In this document: positions 10,577-20,430 of the stretch, one piece after another
Layout: each line of letters begins with the position of its first letter
Numbering within the stretch: position 1 is the stretch's first letter
Assembly: GCA_963703955.1 (NCBI GenBank)
Contig: CAVPGK010000017.1
Span: 192,001 to 256,000 of the forward strand
DNA from: Nitrospirota bacterium
GTDB taxonomy: Bacteria; Nitrospirota; Nitrospiria; Nitrospirales; Nitrospiraceae
Direction of reading: 5' to 3'
Length of the DNA: 64,000 nucleotides
Translations under genes and position numbers: made by a program
The notes under the pieces: model-generated
What the model was told of the DNA's origin: nothing
Database searches by the model: none
Seen by the model: the letters and a program-made list of their open reading frames with translations, nothing else

Positions 10577-13075
10577 CTAGCCTTCAACTTTCTCCACCAG
10601 CACTTTGAAATGAGCGGCCTCCGGTTCCAACGGTTCCTCTGTAAGGATCTTGTGCCCGTCGTTGCGAAGGCTCATGGGTACGTTCTTGATCGGTTCGCCG
10701 GCATCCAACCACACTTCGAGCCGCTCACCTGCGTCCATCATTTCCAACTTGAGTTTTGTCTTCACGTAATTGAGCGGACACGCGACACCCCGGAGATCGT
10801 ACACAAGCGCAGCGCCTGCTTCTGAGGCAGGGCGTGCCGGTTGTTGGGGCGCCGCCGCTTGCGGGTGATCGACCTCAGGCGCGCTGTCGGTCTTCAGCTT
10901 CAAATCTTTCCCCATCTGCTCTGTCGCCGCCTTGCAGACCTCGACGAACCCTCGCGCGAACGTGATCTTGGCCCGCGCGAACTCCGGCGTCGTCTCCTTC
11001 GGTCCGAGATCGCCGATCTGCGACGCCAGCCCCCGATATGAGGCCGGCACCACATTTCTCAATGCGAAGCGTCGCTCAAACTCTGCGAAGGTGTCCGCAT
11101 CTGTCGCCGGATCGATGCCCTCCGTCACCAAGAGAGCCTTGGCAGCGGCCAGGACCGCGCGGTAGGCCTTATTGACCGAAACCGAGTACTGGTGCTTGTC
11201 CGCTAGGAGACGGGCTTGATAGAGTTCTTGTTCCGCTTCTAGAATGCGATTGTCGATCATTTCCAGGGCTCCGCCGGCGCATTCACCCGGACCAAGATCT
11301 TCGAGGATAAACTCCTCCTCACCCTCCCAATCGTAGTAATACGTCGAATCTTCTTCAAAGGACGGGATGATCGTATAGGGGATCAATTCGTCCTTGAGCC
11401 TGGCCTTGCCTGTTCTGGCGATGAAGGTCTGAAGGGTTTCGTCGTTCCGGCGATCGCGCCGGTAGACCATGAGCAGATGTGAAATCGCCGCTGGCACATT
11501 TTTCGCCGGGAGCTTCACGGTCATCTGACCGATCTGGGCTGTCCCGTTTACACGGCCGCCGAGGTGCAGCTCGTAGTGGGGCGCAAAATGCTCGCCCACG
11601 CGTTTGCCCACGCCATGCAAACCAATGGTCGCGATGTGGTGTTGGGCACACGAGTTGTGGCACCCGCTGATCTTGACACTGACGCCCTTCAGGTCTTCCG
11701 GTACCCGGCCGGGAGGAAAGATCTCGGCCATTGCGCGCGCAAGCCCCTTCGAAGAGGTAATACCGAGACCACAGGTGTCGGTCCCTGGACAGGCGATAAT
11801 ATCTTCAACCAGCTCTGCCCCCGGATCGGCCAACCCCATCGAAGCCAGATCGTCGTAGAGATCTTCCAAGCGAGACTCGGGCACCCATCGTAGAATCAGA
11901 TTCTGATTAATCGTTGTGCGAAGGTTGCCATTGGAGTACGTCTCCGCCAAATCCGCCACGAGGTTCATCTGCGACGACGTGATGTCCCCCATTTGTAGCT
12001 TGATGATGGCGGCCGCGTAACCGGCCTGTTTTTGGCTCATCACATTAGTCCGTTTCCACCTGTGATAGGGAGTCTCGTGCAAGGTGCCGTTTCCGTTACC
12101 ATCCCCATTGGGACCCGATGAACCAGACCGCCCCTGATTCGCTGTCGGCATGATCAGCGGCACAGGGTCGTCCTGATGTGGTAGCAATTTGATGGGGGCG
12201 TGGTCGGGGCGGGCATAGCCCATCGTGACGTAGGTTTCCTCCCAGCGTCGTTTGAACTCATCAAAGCCCAGCTTATCAATCACAAACTTCATCCGAGCCT
12301 TGTTGCGGTTCTTGCGGTTCCCGAGCGTGTCGAAGACTTTGATCACGGCCTCAATGGATGGGATGAGCTCGTTCATCGGGACGAACTCTCGGAGGACCTT
12401 CGCGATGCGAGGGGCCGAGCCTAAGCCACCGCCGACGGCCATTCGAAAGCCGATGGTTCCGTCGTCACGTTGTGCCGCCAATAGCCCAATGTCGTGGATC
12501 GGCGTGAGGGCGCAATCGTGGCGGCAGCCTGAAAAGGCGATTTTGAATTTTCTCGGCAGGCTCTGGTTGAGAGGATTGCGGAGGAGATGCAACGCGACCG
12601 TCTTGGCATAGGGGGTGACGTCGAACACCTCGCCCTGGCAGATTCCGGCCAAATGGCATGCCGTGACATTGCGAACCGTGTTAGCGCAGGCTTCGCGGGT
12701 TGTGACTCCCACCTCAGCCAGTCGTCGCATGATGGTACCTACGTTTCTGAGTAAGACGAAATGAAGCTGAATATCCTGGCGGGTGGTAACATGGCCGACT
12801 CCGGTCGCATAGGTATCGGCTATTTCGGCGATCCGACGCAATTGGTTGGCTGTGAGCCCGCCAAACGGGATTTTGATACGCACCATCTGAACGCCCGGCT
12901 GGCGCTGTCCATAAATCCCGTATTGCAAGCGAAAGGGCTTGAACAGATCAGTGGAAAGATCGCCGGCAGTGACCCGCCGGACTTCTCCTTCGAACGTTTC
13001 AATCTCTTCTATAATCGCAGGGGGAATGGGGATCGTCTTGATTTCACTGGTGCGAGTCGTCCTGACCGACCTCAT
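10577..13075 (-). CDS. Siroheme/4Fe-4S sulfite (or nitrite) reductase fused to HEPN-like and TusA/SirA domains
   Basis: TTRQDIQLH, LPRKFKIAFSGC, CPGTDTC, SGCHNSC; C-terminal AYRAVLAAAKALL (HEPN-like) and DLRGVACPLNYVK (TusA). Confidence 0.9.
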   Translation of the reverse strand: MRSVRTTRTSEIKTIPIPPAIIEEIETFEGEVRRVTAGDLSTDLFKPFRLQYGIYGQRQPGVQMVRIKIPFGGLTANQLRRIAEIADTYATGVGHVTTRQDIQLHFVLLRNVGTIMRRLAEVGVTTREACANTVRNVTACHLAGICQGEVFDVTPYAKTVALHLLRNPLNQSLPRKFKIAFSGCRHDCALTPIHDIGLLAAQRDDGTIGFRMAVGGGLGSAPRIAKVLREFVPMNELIPSIEAVIKVFDTLGNRKNRNKARMKFVIDKLGFDEFKRRWEETYVTMGYARPDHAPIKLLPHQDDPVPLIMPTANQGRSGSSGPNGDGNGNGTLHETPYHRWKRTNVMSQKQAGYAAAIIKLQMGDITSSQMNLVADLAETYSNGNLRTTINQNLILRWVPESRLEDLYDDLASMGLADPGAELVEDIIACPGTDTCGLGITSSKGLARAMAEIFPPGRVPEDLKGVSVKISGCHNSCAQHHIATIGLHGVGKRVGEHFAPHYELHLGGRVNGTAQIGQMTVKLPAKNVPAAISHLLMVYRRDRRNDETLQTFIARTGKARLKDELIPYTIIPSFEEDSTYYYDWEGEEEFILEDLGPGECAGGALEMIDNRILEAEQELYQARLLADKHQYSVSVNKAYRAVLAAAKALLVTEGIDPATDADTFAEFERRFALRNVVPASYRGLASQIGDLGPKETTPEFARAKITFARGFVEVCKAATEQMGKDLKLKTDSAPEVDHPQAAAPQQPARPASEAGAALVYDLRGVACPLNYVKTKLKLEMMDAGERLEVWLDAGEPIKNVPMSLRNDGHKILTEEPLEPEAAHFKVLVEKVEG

Positions 13076-13130
13076 GTCATCCTCTTTCGTGAGCAATCGT
13101 GACACAGAAGTCACGCTGCTGAACTCGGGC

Positions 13131-13583
13131 CTAGATGTGATACATCAAGGCCCGCTCTTGTTCGAGTTGTTGATGTCGCTCTGCCAATTCCTTCAAGGTC
13201 ACGGCGCTGAGTACCCCCAGCTCTGCTTGTCGGACCTGCTCCCACACACCCCCTAAGAGTCTGTCGGGCTTCGTCCGTTCCCGGGTCCGTCGGGCGCTGG
13301 TGGCATGCACCGGCTTCATCGTCAGCGACCCATCTAATGCTTCGACGATTTCAGCCAGGGAAATCTCCTGCGGAAACTTGCTGAGCAAATAGCCGCCTTG
13401 CGCTCCGCGCAGGCTATCCACAAGCCCTGCTTTTTTCATAGCCAGCAAGACTTGCTCAAGAAACCGGATAGGAATAGCTTGGCGTTTCGCGATAGCTTTG
13501 GACTGGATCGGGGTTCCTCCATTGCTGAGGGCCAAGTCCAGGGCAGCCAGGATACCGTACGTGGCTTTGAGTGAAACCTTCAT
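13131..13583 (-). CDS. Rrf2 family regulator (CymR-like, no Fe-S cysteines)
   Basis: IAKRQAIPIRFLEQV, LVDSLRGAQGGYLL; no Cys; heads the cys operon. Confidence 0.92.
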   Translation of the reverse strand: MKVSLKATYGILAALDLALSNGGTPIQSKAIAKRQAIPIRFLEQVLLAMKKAGLVDSLRGAQGGYLLSKFPQEISLAEIVEALDGSLTMKPVHATSARRTRERTKPDRLLGGVWEQVRQAELGVLSAVTLKELAERHQQLEQERALMYHI

Positions 13584-13593
13584 CTATTTCGAG

Positions 13594-13652
13594 TATTCCG
13601 ATAGGGAATAAAATGACATCTGAGGATACTTGTTAGTATGTGTGTCTGTCAA
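13594..13652 (-). promoter_or_regulatory. Candidate sigma-70 promoter and Rrf2 operator of the cys operon
   Basis: TTGACA-N18-TATCCT on the minus strand; perfect inverted repeat TATTCC-N5-GGAATA at 13594-13610. Confidence 0.45.
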
Positions 13653-14309
13653 GCAGGGATTGGAAGTTGTCAAGCCAATTTAGAGCAATGCCCTCTTCCT
13701 ACCAAATTTTAGAATGTCCAGTTTTTAGGTTCTCTCTGCAGCCCCGTGTGGGCTACGAACTGGCCGTACGCATTCACTGGATGATCGGCTTTAGGCCGAC
13801 CAGGGGACCGGGCGACGCGGTAACGTACCTGTCCGGCTTGGCCCCTTCACTGACAGCTGGGATTGGAAGCTCTGACAATCACAACACCACTGGGATAGGA
13901 CGTGAGTGTTTGTTGCTGTATCGAGAAGATCACACAGAAGGCGGACTAAACAATTGGAATCATTTTGGAGGGAGCCGATAGCAGAACCACCCATTTTCTT
14001 CCGATACCTCGAACGAGGTTCGGGGACGGGTTCTCCAGACACGAATTCTAAAACAGGCCGGGATCATTCATCGGATCCTTGCAAGGCAAACCGTCGCGCC
14101 TTCAAAACACTTTTCTACGCGCTCTGTTGCGTCTAGATCTTCGTCGCGAATGTGGTCGAGCACAAAGTGGCTGGGCGATGTTATGTCTTAAGAGTTCACG
14201 CGGCGCATGACTGCTTCCATGAAGAGGCGGGGTGAGCATGCTCCGTTTTCACGATTGACATCCCTTGAACCTTGAGGGATAATCCCGCCCTCGTCTCCGT
14301 GGTAGTCTC

Positions 14310-14894
14310 ATGACCATTCGACCATCACCCTTCAGTATCCTGCTACTCAGCCAGGACCCCGATCTTCAGTCACAGCTCAGGCAGGAGTTCAAAGATTCTG
14401 CGGTGACAGTGGCAAGGGATGTGGGATCGGCGGTCCGAGTGGCGGCCAAGCGTCGATTTGATGCCGTGCTACTGGAAACAAGGCGGGGACCCCTCAATGA
14501 GCTGGTTGACATGCAGCGGGCGATCGACCCTATGCACACGATGATTGTGGCCGCGCCGCGAAGTGTTCTGTGCCAGGCTTGCGGGTTGGTGCAAGCCATG
14601 CGCAACGGGAGCGGGCGGTTCCTCAATGGGACGGGGCAGAACCTTGGCCTTGAGGACTATATCGAATTGAAGCTGGGCGAATTTGTCAAAGAGATGAAGA
14701 GCAGTTCTGCTAGAAACCTTCATCACATGCTCATCTCCGCCGTCGAACGACCGCTGATCGCCCTCGTCCTCAAGGAAACCAACGGAAATCAGATAAAGGC
14801 TGCCCATCTGCTCGGAGTGAACCGCAACACGCTCCGGAAAAAAATCACTGAACTTAGGATCCCGGTCAAACGGGAAAAGGCTGGAAAGGTGTAA
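14310..14894 (+). CDS. Fis-family HTH regulator with degenerate receiver-like N-terminus
   Basis: [35 protein letters not shown]. Confidence 0.85.
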   Translation: MTIRPSPFSILLLSQDPDLQSQLRQEFKDSAVTVARDVGSAVRVAAKRRFDAVLLETRRGPLNELVDMQRAIDPMHTMIVAAPRSVLCQACGLVQAMRNGSGRFLNGTGQNLGLEDYIELKLGEFVKEMKSSSARNLHHMLISAVERPLIALVLKETNGNQIKAAHLLGVNRNTLRKKITELRIPVKREKAGKV

Positions 14895-15017
14895 GGCGAG
14901 CCCCTAACCAGGGTGCACCTAATCTCGGCCTTGGCGGTGCCGTCCGGGAACCTTTTCCGTGTGTTTCCCGTGGGGCTTTCTGCCGGAGATCATAAATTTT
15001 CTGCGCGTTTGAATTTC

Positions 15018-15047
15018 TTGACAGTGTGGATGGGCCTATATTAGCAT
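15018..15047 (+). promoter_or_regulatory. Sigma-70 promoter of tRNA-Val/thrS
   Basis: TTGACA-N18-TAGCAT just upstream of the tRNA. Confidence 0.55.
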
Positions 15048-15060
15048 TGCGCTGGACAAC

Positions 15061-15135
15061 GGGCGCGTAGCTCAGGGGGAGAGCGCTACCTTGACACGGT
15101 AGAGGTCGGCGGTTCAAGACCGCCCGCGCCTACCA
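15061..15135 (+). tRNA. tRNA-Val(GAC)
   Basis: Cloverleaf; anticodon arm CTACC-TTGACAC-GGTAG; GGTTCAAG T-loop; encoded CCA. Confidence 0.97.
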
Positions 15136-15263
15136 TCACCGTTGAGGCATCGGACCGCCAGGAGCCTGTTGGAGACTGGCTCCTCAGTTGGTGTGATGCC
15201 TTTCTTTGTTTTGGGGGGGACACCATGCCGGTTCGGGTCGGTGGATCACCCAGGACGTAAGCG

Positions 15264-17192
15264 TTGCAAGAATCCCAAGACCCACAAGAGATTCACATCA
15301 CCCTTCCAGACGGGACACACCGCAGTGTTCCGATAGGATCTACTGTCGGCGACGCGCTTAACATCAGCGGAGGTCTGACCTCTGGTGTGCTGGCGGCCAA
15401 GGTCGACGGTCGGCTCGTTGATTTGGCCACGGACCTAACCAGAGATATCTCGCTGGAACCTGTGACTTTCGATTCGCCCGAAGGGAAAGAAGTCTATCGG
15501 CACAGCAGCACCCACATTATGGCGCAGGCGGTCAAAGAAGTCTTTCCCTCTGCGCAACTCGCCATCGGTCCGGCGATCGAGGACGGATTCTATTACGATT
15601 TTGGATTCGAGCGGCCGTTTACTCCGGAAGATTTGCAGAAAATCGAAACGCGCGCGAATGAAATTATCAAGGCCAATCGTCCGTTCAAGCGGCAGGAGCT
15701 GCCGAGGCCGGACGCCATTGAATTTTTTGCGAACCGCGGCGAACGGTACAAGGTTGACATCCTGGAACACATCGAGGATCCCACGGCCTCCCTGTATAGC
15801 CAAGGCGAATTCATCGACCTCTGCCGGGGGCCGCACCTCCCTTCCACGGGTTGTGTGGGGGCGCTGAAGCTTCTCTCGAGCGGAGGCGCGTATTGGCGGG
15901 GGGACGAGCGAAATCCGATGCTCCAACGGATTTATGGAACATCCTTCCCCACCCAGGCAGCGTTGGATGCATACCTCGCCAAGCTTGAGGAAATCAAACG
16001 CCGTGATCATCGCAAGCTGAGCAAAGACCTTGACCTCGTCACGATTCAAGACGAAATCGGGCCGGGTCTCGTGCTCTGGCATCCCAAGGGGGCGTTGATT
16101 CGGCTGCTGATCGAGAACTTTTGGCGCGAGCAGCACCTGCGGGAGGGCTATGAGCTTGTGTACTCCCCGCACGTCGCGCGCTTAGATCTGTGGAAAACCA
16201 GCGGACATGTGGATTACTACCGCGAGAACATGTTTACGGCGATGAAGGTGGAGGCGAGTGAGTATCAGCTCAAGCCGATGAATTGCCCCTTCCACATTAT
16301 GATCTATAAGTCCCATCTTCGAAGTTATCGCGATCTGCCGATTCGGTATGGGGAACTGGGAACTGTCTATCGGTATGAGCGCACGGGCGTCCTGCATGGC
16401 CTGCTGCGGGTTCGTGGCTTTACGCAGGACGATGCGCATCTGTTTTGCCGGCCGGATCAGATCGAAGCGGAGGTCAGCCGCGTCTTGGAGTTCACGTTCT
16501 TTGTGCTTCGCACATTCGGCTTTTCTGAGTTTGAGGTCTATCTGTCCACTCGCCCGGAAAAAGCCGTTGGCTCGGCGGAAAATTGGGCGCAAGCGACTGA
16601 CGCTTTGGAAGCGGCCCTGAGAAATCGCGGTGTGGCCTATGAGATCGATCCGGGAGAAGGAGTCTTTTACGGTCCGAAGATTGATATCAAGATCAAGGAT
16701 GTGCTCGGACGCTCCTGGCAGTGCTCCACCGTGCAGATCGATTTCAACAATCCGGAACGGTTCGAGCTGGCGTACATCGGTGAGGACGGAAAGACCCATC
16801 AGCCGATCATGATCCACCGGGCGTTGATGGGATCGATCGAACGATTTTTCGGAATTCTGGTGGAACACTACGCTGGCGCGTTTCCCACTTGGCTGGCACC
16901 GGTCCAGGCCAAAGTACTCTGCATCACCGACAAACAACGGACCTATGCCGAGTCCGTCGTGGGGCAGCTCAAAGCCTCAGGGGTGCGGGCCGAAGCGGAC
17001 CTCCGCAATGAAAAGGTGGGCTTCAAGATTCGTGAGGCGGAAAAGGGGAAGATTCCTTACATGCTGGTGATTGGGGATCGTGAGGTAGAAGCCGGGACAG
17101 TCTCCGTCCGCGGACGAAGCGGCGCGAATCATGGCAGTCTTTCTGTCCAAACGTTTATTGACATGATTCGGGCCGATATCCCCCGATCCTAG
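15264..17192 (+). CDS. thrS: Threonine--tRNA ligase
   Basis: TGS domain, RHSSTHIMAQA, DLCRGPH, KPMNCPFH, RVRGFTQDDAH. Confidence 0.98.
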   Translation: MQESQDPQEIHITLPDGTHRSVPIGSTVGDALNISGGLTSGVLAAKVDGRLVDLATDLTRDISLEPVTFDSPEGKEVYRHSSTHIMAQAVKEVFPSAQLAIGPAIEDGFYYDFGFERPFTPEDLQKIETRANEIIKANRPFKRQELPRPDAIEFFANRGERYKVDILEHIEDPTASLYSQGEFIDLCRGPHLPSTGCVGALKLLSSGGAYWRGDERNPMLQRIYGTSFPTQAALDAYLAKLEEIKRRDHRKLSKDLDLVTIQDEIGPGLVLWHPKGALIRLLIENFWREQHLREGYELVYSPHVARLDLWKTSGHVDYYRENMFTAMKVEASEYQLKPMNCPFHIMIYKSHLRSYRDLPIRYGELGTVYRYERTGVLHGLLRVRGFTQDDAHLFCRPDQIEAEVSRVLEFTFFVLRTFGFSEFEVYLSTRPEKAVGSAENWAQATDALEAALRNRGVAYEIDPGEGVFYGPKIDIKIKDVLGRSWQCSTVQIDFNNPERFELAYIGEDGKTHQPIMIHRALMGSIERFFGILVEHYAGAFPTWLAPVQAKVLCITDKQRTYAESVVGQLKASGVRAEADLRNEKVGFKIREAEKGKIPYMLVIGDREVEAGTVSVRGRSGANHGSLSVQTFIDMIRADIPRS

Positions 17193-17224
17193 AGATTATC
17201 AACCCTTTCACGACGAGGTGCCGT

Positions 17225-17734
17225 ATCGTTCCGAAACTGCGGGTCAATCGGGAAATCCGAATTCGTGAAGTTCGTGTGATCGGTCCAGAGGGAGAGCAGC
17301 TCGGAATTTTGCCCACTCCCGACGCGTTCCGGAAGGCCCAAGAGTTGGGCTATGATCTGGTTGAGGTGGCTCCGAATTCTCAGCCTCCTGTCTGCCGGAT
17401 CATGGATTATGGAAAATATAAGTACGAACTCCAAAAGAAGGAGCACCAGAGCCGTCGGCACCAAAAATCGACCCAGGTGAAGGAGATCAAGCTGAGGCCG
17501 AGAACCGACAAGCATGATCTGGAAATCAAGATCCGACAGATCAAAGAATTCTTGGTGGACGGCAACAAGACGAAGGTGACGGTGACGTTTCGTGGGCGTG
17601 AGATGGCGAACCAGGAGCCGGGACGCACTATGATGAACACGGTAGTTGAACAACTGGCTGACTCGGGAACGATCGAGTACGCGCCGCGGATGGAGGGGCG
17701 AAGCTTGATCATGATTGTGGCGCCGAAGAGTTAA
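17225..17734 (+). CDS. infC: Translation initiation factor IF-3, probable non-canonical ATC start
   Basis: SD GAGGTG then in-frame ATC GTT CCG AAA CTG CGG GTC AAT (IVPKLRVNREIRIREVRVI); VKEIKLRP, FRGRE. Confidence 0.93.
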   Translation: MVPKLRVNREIRIREVRVIGPEGEQLGILPTPDAFRKAQELGYDLVEVAPNSQPPVCRIMDYGKYKYELQKKEHQSRRHQKSTQVKEIKLRPRTDKHDLEIKIRQIKEFLVDGNKTKVTVTFRGREMANQEPGRTMMNTVVEQLADSGTIEYAPRMEGRSLIMIVAPKS

Positions 17735-17764
17735 GGTTTAGAGGGGTCCTAGGGCTATCTCCGT

Positions 17765-17880
17765 GCTCGCGCACCGCGGCCATTTTCACCCAGGCCGCCC
17801 CAGGCGCCATCTCGCCCGCCCGCCCCGAGCCTGCCAAGACAGGCTCTCTTCCCGTAGGACGCCCCTTCCCGAGCAGAAGG
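17765..17880. repeat. GC-rich interspersed repeat module
   Basis: Similar in reverse complement to 48990-49075, 52039-52080 and 55020-55150. Confidence 0.55.
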
Positions 17881-17977
17881 TGCTCGGTGAACGCGCGGAG
17901 TGCCGCCCAGTCTCGGTGCCCGTGCATGCGTCATGTGTGAATTGATCGAAGGGGTTGAAGAGAAAGAGAGGGAGAAC

Positions 17978-18181
17978 ATGCCAAAACTGAAGACGCACAA
18001 GGGGGCCAGCAAACGATTCAAGCGGACGGGGACGGGTAAGCTGATGAGGCGCAGGGCCGGCAAACGGCACATTTTGACCAGCAAGACCCGCGATCGCAAG
18101 CGGCGACTGGCAGGCACGACCGCCGTCGATTCGACCAGCACGTACGCCGTCAGCCGACAGATGCCGTATCACTCGTCATGA
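17978..18181 (+). CDS. rpmI: 50S ribosomal protein L35
   Basis: [28 protein letters not shown]. Confidence 0.97.
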   Translation: MPKLKTHKGASKRFKRTGTGKLMRRRAGKRHILTSKTRDRKRRLAGTTAVDSTSTYAVSRQMPYHSS

Positions 18182-18230
18182 CCGCGGTCAGCGGAGGCTG
18201 ACTGCCAACGCAAAGTAAGGAGTCGGAACC

Positions 18231-18599
18231 ATGTCACGCGCAAAGGGCGGTCCCAAGACCAGGCAGCGAAGAAAGAAGCGAATCAAGTTAGCAAAAGGTC
18301 AATACGGCGCAAAGAGCCGGCTGTTCCGATCCGCGACCGAGTCGGTGGACAAAGGGCAAACCTATGCCTATGTCGAGCGCAAGAAGCGGAAGCGGAATTT
18401 TCGCCGTCTGTGGGTCACCCGGATCAGCGCTGCGGTTCGTCAACACGGGCTCACCTATAGCCGGTTCATGAATGCGCTCAGGAAAGCCAACATTCTTCTC
18501 GACCGGAAGGTGCTCTCGGACATGGCGATCAAGGATCCAGGCGGGTTCAATCAACTCACGGAGCTTGCGAAGCAGCACGCTGACTCGTCCGTAGGATAG
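18231..18599 (+). CDS. rplT: 50S ribosomal protein L20
   Basis: KRNFRRLWVTRISAA, LDRKVLSDMAI. Confidence 0.98.
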   Translation: MSRAKGGPKTRQRRKKRIKLAKGQYGAKSRLFRSATESVDKGQTYAYVERKKRKRNFRRLWVTRISAAVRQHGLTYSRFMNALRKANILLDRKVLSDMAIKDPGGFNQLTELAKQHADSSVG

Positions 18600-18616
18600 G
18601 TCTCGAGCGCATGGTC

Positions 18617-20332
18617 CTATTGCTCAAGGAGTCGGTTCACTGCAAACTCGAAAGCGACGCACGGCATCGCCACCTGCCATTGTTCCAACACTTCCGGGTG
18701 TAACTCGCCGATCACGCCGAGGGGCCGGCCGTCACACAGGATGCGGCCGGCTCGCCCGTCCAGGAACGAGGGATGGGCGAGGGGTTCCAATTCATACAGG
18801 TGTCCCAGATAATGGAAGAGGAGATCCAGGCACGAGTGGACCTCTGAAAAATTTGCCGTCGCGTGCGCAAGCAACACCCCTGCCGACATCACCGTCCGTC
18901 CGCCGAGTTCATGCGTGAGATCCGGAATCACGACCTCCCCCACCTCAAAAAGCCGATGAGGGTAAAAGGCTCGCGTGGAGACTGATTCAATGCGCAGCAA
19001 GGAGGGAAGGATGCCTTGCCTGAGGCAGGCGAAGTTCTGAGACATGACATTATCCACCTCGACCACCCGTTCCCACTCGGTCCCCGGGAGACGCATACGG
19101 TCGACCAGATCAGAGCGAGAGGTGAGGATATTGGAGATCACCTCCTGAAATCCCATTCCGATCAAGAGATCTCTGATGCGATCTGAGACCTGCTCCAGCC
19201 TCGACAGCCCGCCGACGGTAAATTCTGATGGCATGACGGGAACAAAGTCCCCGTATCCCCGGCTGATGGCGACATCCTCCACGACATCCATGGCATGCAT
19301 GACATCGTTTCGATAGGGTGGGAGTTTCACGGTGACCATCTCGCGGGCAAGGGCGACCTCATATCCATAGGTCAGCAAGGCCTGGCGGATCTGATCCGAC
19401 GCCAACGGCTGTCCTAAAGCCGATTCGATCGTCTTCATCGAGATGGTTCGGGACTTTCCGAAGTCGACTGGAGTACGAATCGCGGTCCCGAGGTCGGTCT
19501 GATACGGGTAGACCACCTCGATCGTCTCGATCGACGCCCCCCGGTCCGCCAGATTTACCGCGAGAATATTGAGCGTGAGTAGGACCATGGGCAGGTCCGT
19601 TCCGGTGACCTCCACGAAGAGTTCTCGATCGCCCACTCGGACTTCCCCGATTTCCCGGCTGTTGATAATCGGTGGGAGCGACAGCACCTGACCCTCGTCA
19701 TCCATCAAGAGCGGGACACGTTCATGACCGGCCAAAATGGGTCCGTACTCCAGCCCCTTGGGGTGCACGGACAATATTTCGCGCAAGGACATCTTTTCGT
19801 CGAATCCCAGCGGGGTAAACCGCGCGTCATCGGGCTTCACGAGCGCATAGGTGACGGGGAAGGCGATGGACGGGAGGCGGTACAGACCGATTGAGACCGT
19901 GCGACGCTGCCGTCCAAAAACCTCCGCCAACTTTTCTTGGCCTTGGATGAGCTGCGTCAACCCCGCTTCATTCACTTCATAGCCGACCGCCGAGCAAGCC
20001 GCGACATAGGGCCTGACGCTCTCCAATCCCGGAGAGACAATAAGCCGCCGAGTGGGACGACTCCTTGCATGAAAGAAGGGGTATGGTGACGGGGCGCCCG
20101 TTAACTTGGTGCGGATCTGTCGGGCGATGCCTTCGCAGGACCAGAGATCCGGACGATTGCTGTCCTGCAATTCCACGCGTAACTCATCTGTCTCCTGCTC
20201 ATGATCCTTCAGCTCGCCTTTCACCCAGCACAGCCAGGACTCAATCACCTCAGAAGTCATAGGTTCGGCCGTCGTCGAGCGTTGACCAAGGAGCTGCTCA
20301 AAATCTTTCCGATTAATCGAAATGGTCGGCAT
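18617..20332 (-). CDS. pheT: Phenylalanine--tRNA ligase beta subunit, archaeal/eukaryotic type (571 aa)
   Basis: MPTISIN start, NRPDLWS, LSLPPIINS, RNDVMHAMDVVEDVAI; no OB-fold insert or FDX-ACB tail. Confidence 0.93.
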   Translation of the reverse strand: MPTISINRKDFEQLLGQRSTTAEPMTSEVIESWLCWVKGELKDHEQETDELRVELQDSNRPDLWSCEGIARQIRTKLTGAPSPYPFFHARSRPTRRLIVSPGLESVRPYVAACSAVGYEVNEAGLTQLIQGQEKLAEVFGRQRRTVSIGLYRLPSIAFPVTYALVKPDDARFTPLGFDEKMSLREILSVHPKGLEYGPILAGHERVPLLMDDEGQVLSLPPIINSREIGEVRVGDRELFVEVTGTDLPMVLLTLNILAVNLADRGASIETIEVVYPYQTDLGTAIRTPVDFGKSRTISMKTIESALGQPLASDQIRQALLTYGYEVALAREMVTVKLPPYRNDVMHAMDVVEDVAISRGYGDFVPVMPSEFTVGGLSRLEQVSDRIRDLLIGMGFQEVISNILTSRSDLVDRMRLPGTEWERVVEVDNVMSQNFACLRQGILPSLLRIESVSTRAFYPHRLFEVGEVVIPDLTHELGGRTVMSAGVLLAHATANFSEVHSCLDLLFHYLGHLYELEPLAHPSFLDGRAGRILCDGRPLGVIGELHPEVLEQWQVAMPCVAFEFAVNRLLEQ

Positions 20333-20340
20333 TGTCTCTT

Positions 20341-20423
20341 AGAGTTCTGAGTTCTGAGTTCTGAGGCGTAAGCGAAGACGATCGTTGTTCGACTCTTGAA
20401 TTTGAACTCAGAACTTAGAACTT
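20341..20423. repeat. Inverted heptamer arrays (GAGTTCT)n / (AGAACTy)n
   Basis: Tandem 7-mers on both sides of a spacer between pheS and pheT; can pair into a long hairpin. Confidence 0.7.
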
Positions 20424-20430
20424 CCTGGAA

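Noticed and set aside
13655..14100. SAM or cobalamin riboswitch ahead of the cys operon
   Set aside because: Consensus core motifs were not found by eye on the minus strand, and a promoter candidate lies right next to the Rrf2 start
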